64,000 nt of DNA from Auanema rhodensis. Lineage: Eukaryota > Animalia > Nematoda. Location: NCBI GenBank assembly GCA_964057225.1, contig OZ059894.1:1178001-1242000 (forward strand). Direction: 5' to 3'. The notes under the pieces were generated by a model that was not told the origin of the DNA, ran no database searches, and was given only the letters and a program-made list of their open reading frames with translations. This document shows, in pieces, positions 55,951-64,000 of this stretch. Within the stretch, counting starts at the first letter, position 1, and every line of letters starts with the position of its first letter. The position numbers were made by a program, and so were the translations under genes.

Positions 55951-58900
55951 GCATTGAATGCACTATACTACATTGAGAAACGCTTCATACAAAAATTAGT
56001 TATGATCGTTTGAAAAATGATGCATTAGTGTATGTTGAGTTTCCATGTACACTCAACATTGCTTCCAAAAACATTTTGACAAAAATTTTTTCAAAAAATT
56101 TCAAAATAATTTAGCAAAAAGTAGATGTTTTTAGATTCCTTTTTCCAAGGCAAAGACGATGGACAATGTTATTCATCGAAAAAATTAATTCTTCAGGGTG
56201 AAAATCGAGGATATAAGTGTGAACTTATATCAGTTGATATCTCGGTGTATTTTTAAGCTAGCGCAAATCTGATACCACAGATCGACGCAGCTTAAAAATC
56301 CGCATCGAATGCATTATACTACATTGAGAAACGCTTAATACAAAAATTAGTTATGATCGTTTGAAAAATGATGCATTAGTGTATGTTGAGTTTCCATGTA
56401 CACTCAACATTGCTTCCAAAAACATTTTGACAAAAATGTTTTCGGAAAATTTCAAAATAATTTAGCAAAAAGTAGATGTTTTTAGATTCCTTTTTTCAAG
56501 GCAAAGACGATGGACAATGTTTTTCAACGAAAAAATTAATTCTTCAGGGTGAAAATCGAGGATATAAGTGTGAACTTATATCAGTTGATATCTCGGTGCA
56601 TTTTTAAGCTAGCGCAAATCTGATAACACAGATCGACGCAGCTTAAAAATCCGCATCGAATGCACTATACTACATTGAGAAACGCTTTATACAAAAATTA
56701 GTTATGATCGTTTGAAAAATGATGCATTAGTGTATGTTGAGTTTCCATGTACACTCAACATTGCTTCCAAAAACATTTTGACAAAAATTTTTTCAAAAAA
56801 TTTCAAAATAATTTAGCAAAAAGTAGATGTTTTTAGATTCCTTTTTTCAAGGCAAAGACGATGGACAATGTTATTCAACGAAAAAATTAATTCTTCAGGG
56901 TGAAAATCGAGGATATAAGTGTGAACTTATATCAGTTGATATCTCGGTGCATTTTTAAGCTAGCGCAAATCTGATAACACAGATCGACGCAGCTTAAAAA
57001 TCCGCATTGAATGCACTATACTACATTGAGAAACGCTTTATACAAAAATTAGTTATAATCGTTTGAAAAATGATGCATTAGTGTATGTTGAGTTTCCATG
57101 TACACTCAACATTGCTTCCAAAAACATTTTGACAAAAATTTTTTCGAAAAATTTCAAAATAATTTAGCAAAAAGTAGATGTTTTTAGATTCCTTTTTTCA
57201 AGGCAAAGACGATGGACAATGTTATTCATCGAAAAAATTAATTCTTCAGGGTGAAAATCGAGGATATAAGTGTGAACTTATATCAGTTGATATCTCGGTG
57301 CATTTTTAAGCTAGCGCAAATCTGATAACACAGATCGACGCAGCTTAAAAATCCGCATCGAATGCACTATACTACATTGAGAAACGCTTAATACAAAAAT
57401 TAGTTATGATCGTTTGAAAAATGATGCATTAGTGTATGTTGAGTTTCCATGTACACTCAACATTGCTTCCAAAAACATTTTGACAAAACTTTTTTCGAAA
57501 AATTTCAAAATAATTCAGCAAAAAGTAGATGTTTTTAGATTCCTTTTTTCAAGGCAAAGACGATGGACAATGTTATTCAACGAAAAAATTAATTCTTCAG
57601 GGTGAAAATCGAGGATATAAGTGTGAACTTATATCAGTTGATATCTCGGTGCATTTTTAAGCTAGCGCAAATCTGATAACACAGATCGACGCAGCTTAAA
57701 AATCCGCATCGAATGCACTATATTACATTGAGAAACGCTTAATACAAAAATTAGTTATGATCGTTTGAAAAATGATGCATTAGTGTATGTTGAGTTTCCA
57801 TGTACACTCAACATTGCTTCCAAAAACATTTTGACAAAAATTTTTTCAAAAAATTTCAAAATAATTTAGCAAAAAGTAGATGTTTTTAGATTCCTTTTTT
57901 CAAGGCAAAGACGATGGACAATGTTATTCAACGAAAAAATTAATTCTTCAGGGTGAAAACCGAGGATATAAGTGTGAACTTAAATCAGTTGATATCTCGG
58001 TGCATTTTTAAGCTAGCGCAAATCTGATAACACGGATCGACGCAGCTTAAAAATCCGCATCGAATGCACTATACTACATTGAGAAACGCTTAATACAAAA
58101 ATTAATTATGATCGTTTGAAAAATGATGCATTAGTGTATGTTGAGTTTCCATGTACACTCAACATTGCTTCCAAAAACATTTTGACAAAAATTTTTTCGA
58201 AAAATTTCAAAATAATTTAGCAAAAACTAGATGTTTTTAGATTCCTTTTTTCAAGGCAAAGACGATGGACAATGTTATTCATCGAAAAAATTAATTCTTC
58301 AGGGTGAAAATCGAGGATATAAGTGTGAACTTATATCAGTTGATATCTCGGTGCATTTTTAAGCTAGCGCAAATCTGATAACACAGATCGACGCAGCTTA
58401 AAAATCCGCATCGAATGCACTATACTACATTGAGAAACGCTTAATACAAAAATTAGTTATGATCGTTTGAAAAATGATGCATTAGTGTATGTTGAGTTTC
58501 CATGTACACTCAACATTGCTTCCAAAAACATTTTGACAAAACTTTTTTCGAAAAATTTCAAAATAATTCAGCAAAAAGTAGATGTTTTTAGATTCCTTTT
58601 TTCAAGGCAAAGACGATGGACAATGTTTTTCAACGAAAAAATTAATTCTTCAGGGTGAAAATCGAGGATATAAGTGTGAACTTATATCAGTTGATATCTC
58701 GGTGCATTTTTAAGCTAGCGCAAATCTGATAACACAGATCGACGCAGCTTAAAAATCCGCATCGAATGCACTATACTACATTGAGAAACGCTTTATACAA
58801 AAATTAGTTATGATCGTTTGAAAAATGATGCATTAGTGTATGTTGAGTTTCCATGTACACTCAACATTGCTTCCAAAAACATTTTGACAAAAATTTTTTC

Positions 58901-61900
58901 AAAAAATTTCAAAATAATTTAGCAAAAAGTAGATGTTTTTAGATTCCTTTTTTCAAGGCAAAGACGATGGACAATGTTATTCAACGAAAAAATTAATTCT
59001 TCAGGGTGAAAATCGAGGATATAAGTGTGAACTTATATCAGTTGATATCTCGGTGCATTTTTAAGCTAGCGCAAATCTGATAACACAGATCGACGCAGCT
59101 TAAAAATCCGCATTGAATGCACTATACTACATTGAGAAACGCTTTATACAAAAATTAGTTATAATCGTTTGAAAAATGATGCATTAGTGTATGTTGAGTT
59201 TCCATGTACACTCAACATTGCTTCCAAAAACATTTTGACAAAAATTTTTTCGAAAAATTTCAAAATAATTTAGCAAAAAGTAGATGTTTTTAGATTCCTT
59301 TTTTCAAGGCAAAGACGATGGACAATGTTTTTCAACGAAAAAATTAATTCTTCAGGGTGAAAACCGAGGATATAAGTGTGAACTTAAATCAGTTGATATC
59401 TCGGTGCATTTTTAAGCTAGCGCAAATCTGATAACACGGATCGACGCAGCTTAAAAATCCGCATCGAATGCACTATACTACATTGAGAAACGCTTAATAC
59501 AAAAATTAATTATGATCGTTTGAAAAATGATGCATTAGTGTATGTTGAGTTTCCATGTACACTCAACATTGCTTCCAAAAACATTTTGACAAAAATTTTT
59601 TCGAAAAATTTCAAAATAATTTAGCAAAAAGTAGATGTTTTTAGATTCCTTTTTTAAAGGCAAAGACGATGGACAATGTTTTTCAACGAAAAAATTAATT
59701 CTTCAGGGTGAAAATCGAGGATATAAGTGTGAACTTATATCAGTTGATATCTCGGTGCATATTTAAGCTAGCGCAAATCTGATAACACAGATCGACGCAG
59801 CTTAAAAATCCGCATTGAATGCACTATACTACATTGAGAAACGCTTCATACAAAAATTAGTTATGATCGTTTGAAAAATGATGCATTAGTGTATGTTGAG
59901 TTTCCATGTACACTCAACATTGCTTCCAAAAACATTTTGACAAAAATTTTTTCAAAAAATTTCAAAATAATTTAGCAAAAAGTAGATGTTTTTAGATTCC
60001 TTTTTCCAAGGCAAAGACGATGGACAATGTTATTCATCGAAAAAATTAATTCTTCAGGGTGAAAATCGAGGATATAAGTGTGAACTTATATCAGTTGATA
60101 TCTCGGTGCATTTTTAAGCTAGCGCAAATCTGATAACACAGATCGACGCAGCTTAAAAATCCGCATTGAATGCACTATACTACATTGAGAAACGCTTCAT
60201 ACAAAAATTAGTTATGATCGTTTGAAAAATGATGCATTAGTGTATGTTGAGTTTCCATGTACACTCAACATTGCTTCCAAAAACATTTTGACAAAAATTT
60301 TTTCAAAAAATTTCAAAATAATTTAGCAAAAAGTAGATGTTTTTAGATTCCTTTTTCCAAGGCAAAGACGATGGACAATGTTATTCATCGAAAAAATTAA
60401 TTCTTCAGGGTGAAAATCGAGGATATAAGTGTGAACTTATATCAGTTGATATCTCGGTGTATTTTTAAGCTAGCGCAAATCTGATACCACAGATCGACGC
60501 AGCTTAAAAATCCGCATCGAATGCATTATACTACATTGAGAAATGCTTAATACAAAAATTAGTTATGATCGTTTGAAAAATGATGCATTAGTGTATGTTG
60601 AGTTTTCATGTACACTCAACATTGCTTCCAAAAACATTTTGACAAAAATGTTTTCGGAAAATTTCAAAATAATTTAGCAAAAAGTAGATGTTTTTAGATT
60701 CCTTTTTTCAAGGCAAAGACGATGGACAATGTTTTTCAACGAAAAAATTAATTCTTCAGGGTGAAAATCGAGGATATAAGTGTGAACTTATATCAGTTGA
60801 TATCTCGGTGCATTTTTAAGCTAGCGCAAATCTGATAACAAAGATCGACGCAGCTTAAAAATCCGCATCGAATGCACTATACTACATTGAGAAACGCTTT
60901 ATACAAAAATTAGTTATGATCGTTTGAAAAATGATGCATTAGTGTATGTTGAGTTTCCATGTACACTCAACATTGCTTCCAAAAACATTTTGACAAAAAT
61001 TTTTTCAAAAAATTTCAAAATAATTTAGCAAAAAGTAGATGTTTTTAGATTCCTTTTTTCAAGGCAAAGACGATGGACAATGTTATTTAACGAAAAAATT
61101 AATTCTTCAGGGTGAAAATCGAGGATATAAGTGTGAACTTATATCAGTTGATATCTCGGTGCATTTTTAAGCTAGCGCAAATCTGATAACACAGATCGAC
61201 GCAGCTTAAAAATCCGCATTGAATGCACTATACTACATTGAGAAACGCTTTATACAAAAATTAGTTATGATCGTTTGAAAAATGATGCATTAGTGTATGT
61301 TGAGTTTCCATGTACACTCAACATTGCTTCCAAAAACATTTTGACAAAAATTTTTTCGAAAAATTTCAAAATAATTTAGCAAAAAGTAGATGTTTTTAGA
61401 TTCCTTTTTTCAAGGCAAAGACGATGGACAATGTTATTCATCGAAAAAATTAATTCTTCAGGGTGAAAATCGAGGATATAAGTGTGAACTTATATCAGTT
61501 GATATCTCGGTGCATTTTTAAGCTAACGCAAATCTGATAACACAGATCGACGCAGCTTAAAAATCCGCATCGAATGCACTATACTACATTGAGAAACGCT
61601 TAATACAAAAATTAGTTATGATCGTTTGAAAAATGATGCATTAGTGTATGTTGAGTTTCCATGTACACTCAACATTGCTTCCAAAAACATTTTGACAAAA
61701 CTTTTTTCGAAAAATTTCAAAATAATTTAGCAAAAAGTAGATGTTTTTAGATTCCTGTTTTCAAGGCAAAGACGATGGACAATGTTATTCAACGAAAAAA
61801 TTAATTCTTCAGGGTGAAAATCGAGGATATAAGTGTGAACTTATATCAGTTGATATCTCGGTGCATTTTTAAGCTAGCGCAAATCTGATAACACAGATCG

Positions 61901-64000
61901 ACGCAGCTTAAAAATCCGCATCGAATGCACTACATTACATTGAGAAACGCTTAATACAAAAATTAGTTATGATCGTTTGAAAAATGATGCATTAGTGTAT
62001 GTTGAGTTTCCATGTACACTCAACATTGCTTCCAAAAACATTTTGACAAAAATTTTTTCAAAAAATTTCGATATAATTTAGCAAAAAGTAGATGTTTTTA
62101 GATTCCTTTTTTCAAGGCGAAGACGATGGACAATGTTATTCAACGAAAAAATTAATTCTTCAGGGTGAAAATCGAGGATATAAGTGTGAACTTATATCAG
62201 TTGATATCTCGGTGCATTTTTAAGCTAGCGCAAATCTGATAACACAGATCGACGCAGCTTAAAAATCCGCATCGAATGCACTATACTACATTGAGAAACG
62301 CTTAATACAAAAATTAGTTATGATCGTTTGAAAAATGATGCATTAGTGTATGTTGAGTTTCCATGTACACTCAACATTGCTTCCAAAAACATTTTGACAA
62401 AAATTTTTTCAAAAAATTTCAAAATAATTTAGCAAAAAGTAGATGTTTTTACATTCCTTTTTTCAAGGCAAAGACGATCGACAATGTTTTTCAACGAAAA
62501 AATTAATTCTTCAGGGTGAAAATCGAGGATATAAGTGTGAACTTATATCAGTTGATATCTCGGTGCATTTTTAAGCTAGCGCAAATCTGATAACACAGAT
62601 CGACGCAGCTTAAAAATCCGCATCGAATGCACTATACTACATTGAGAAACGCTTAATACAAAAATTAGTTATGATCGTTTGAAAAATGATGCATTAGTGT
62701 ATGTTGAGTTTCCATGTACACTCAACATTGCTTCCAAAAACATTTTGACAAAAATTTTTTCAAAAAATTTCAAAATAATTTAGCAAAAAGTAGATGTTTT
62801 TAGATTCCTTTTTTCAAGGCAAAGACGATGGACAATGTTATTCAACGAAAAAATTAATTCTTCAGGGTGAAAATCGAGGATATAAGTGTGAACTTATATC
62901 AGTTGATATCTCGGTGCATTTTTAAGCTAGCGCAAATCTGATAACACAGATCGACGCAGCTTAAAAATCCGCATCGAATGCACTATACTACATTGAGAAA
63001 CGCTTTATACAAAAATTAGTTATGATCGTTTGAAAAATGATGCATTAGTGTATGTTGAGTTTCCATGTACACTCAACATTGCTTCCAAAAACATTTTGAC
63101 AAAAATTTTTTCAAAAAATTTCAAAATAATTTAGCAAAAAGTAGATGTTTTTACATTCCTTTTTTCAAGGCAAAGACGATCGACAATGTTTTTCAACGAA
63201 AAAATTAATTCTTCAGGGTGAAAATCGAGGATATAAGTGTGAACTTATATCAGTTGATATCTCGGTGCATTTTTAAGCTAGCGCAAATCTGATAACACAG
63301 ATCGACGCAGCTTAAAAATCCGCATCGAATGCACTATACTACATTGAGAAACGCTTAATACAAAAATTAGTTATGATCGTTTGAAAAATGATGCATTAGT
63401 GTATGTTGAGTTTCCATGTACACTCAACATTGCTTCCAAAAACATTTTGACAAAAATTTTTTCAAAAAATTTGAGAATAATTTAGCAAAAAGTAGATGTT
63501 TTTAGATTCCTTTTTTCAAGGCAAAGACGATGGACAATGTTATTCAACGAAAAAATTAATTCTTCAGGGTGAAAATCGAGGATATAAGTGTGAACATATA
63601 TCAGTTGATATCTCGGTGCATTTTTAAGCTAGCGCAAATCTGATAACACAGATCGACGCAGCTTAAAAATCCGCATCGAATGCACTATACTACATTGAGA
63701 AACGCTTAATACAAAAATTAGTTATGATCGTTTGAAAAATGATGCATTAGTGTATGTTGAGTTTCCATGTACACTCAACATTGCTTCCAAAAACATTTTG
63801 ACAAAACTTTTTTCGAAAAATTTCAAAATAATTTAGCAAAAAGTAGATGTTTTTAGATTCCTTTTTTCAAGGCAAAGACGATGGACAATCTTATTCAACG
63901 AAAAAATTAATTCTTCAGGGTGAAAATCGAGGATATAAGTGTGAACTTATATCAGTTGATATCTCGGTGCATTTTTAAGCTAGCGCAAATCTGATAACAC

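Larger units (their letters stand above)
1..64000. repeat. Satellite DNA array, 351-bp monomer, ~182.3 head-to-tail copies, running off both window ends
   Basis: The unit start aatgtt(t/a)ttca(a/t)cgaaaaaattaattcttcagggtg recurs at 1, 352, 702, 1053, 1404 ... 63887. 63887 = 1 + 182x351 + 4, which matches the six 1-bp indels seen (one deletion, five insertions). No non-repeat sequence or inversion was seen. Confidence 0.99.

Noticed and set aside
57414-57605. 63-aa ORF MKNDALVYVEF...
   Set aside because: It exists only because T>C at 57516 changes the TAG found in other monomers to CAG. It has a TTG start, K/F/N-rich composition dictated by A/T tracts, and no recognisable domain.
58467-58658. 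Second 63-aa ORF
   Set aside because: It is a copy of the same variant three monomers (1053 bp) downstream (C at 58569), not independent evidence of coding.
1-64000. Repeat-protein gene, since 351 is divisible by 3
   Set aside because: The supplied six-frame track lists only the two 63-aa ORFs, and the best frame has TAG, TGA and TAA stops in each monomer.
1-64000. CRISPR array or other repeat-spacer system suggested by short palindromes
   Set aside because: Sequence between the palindromes is repeated too. There are no unique spacers and no cas or other genes.

Overview
The whole 64,000-bp window is one uninterrupted head-to-tail tandem array of a 351-bp AT-rich monomer (about 32% GC by hand count of monomer 1). 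It holds 182 complete copies plus a 114-bp partial copy starting at 63887, all in one orientation, and neighbouring copies differ by only a few substitutions. This is eukaryotic satellite DNA, of the kind typical of (peri)centromeric or other heterochromatic blocks. I cannot name the family or host. I found no supportable genes, RNA genes, CRISPR array or transposon insertion. The two 63-aa ORFs are single-SNP read-throughs of a stop codon present in all other monomers. The interesting signal lies at two scales. Inside the monomer there is a 67-nt, ~26-bp hairpin, an apparently invariant 9-bp stem-loop, a spaced dyad, and a rare allele that nearly perfects a 34-bp palindrome. Across the array, shared variants reveal irregular higher-order duplications (2- to 18-mers), variant domains that turn over along the array, a short tract shared across 67 monomers, and near-perfect length conservation. 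All counts were made by eye, not computed. Monomer positions such as A130G are numbered from window position 1.
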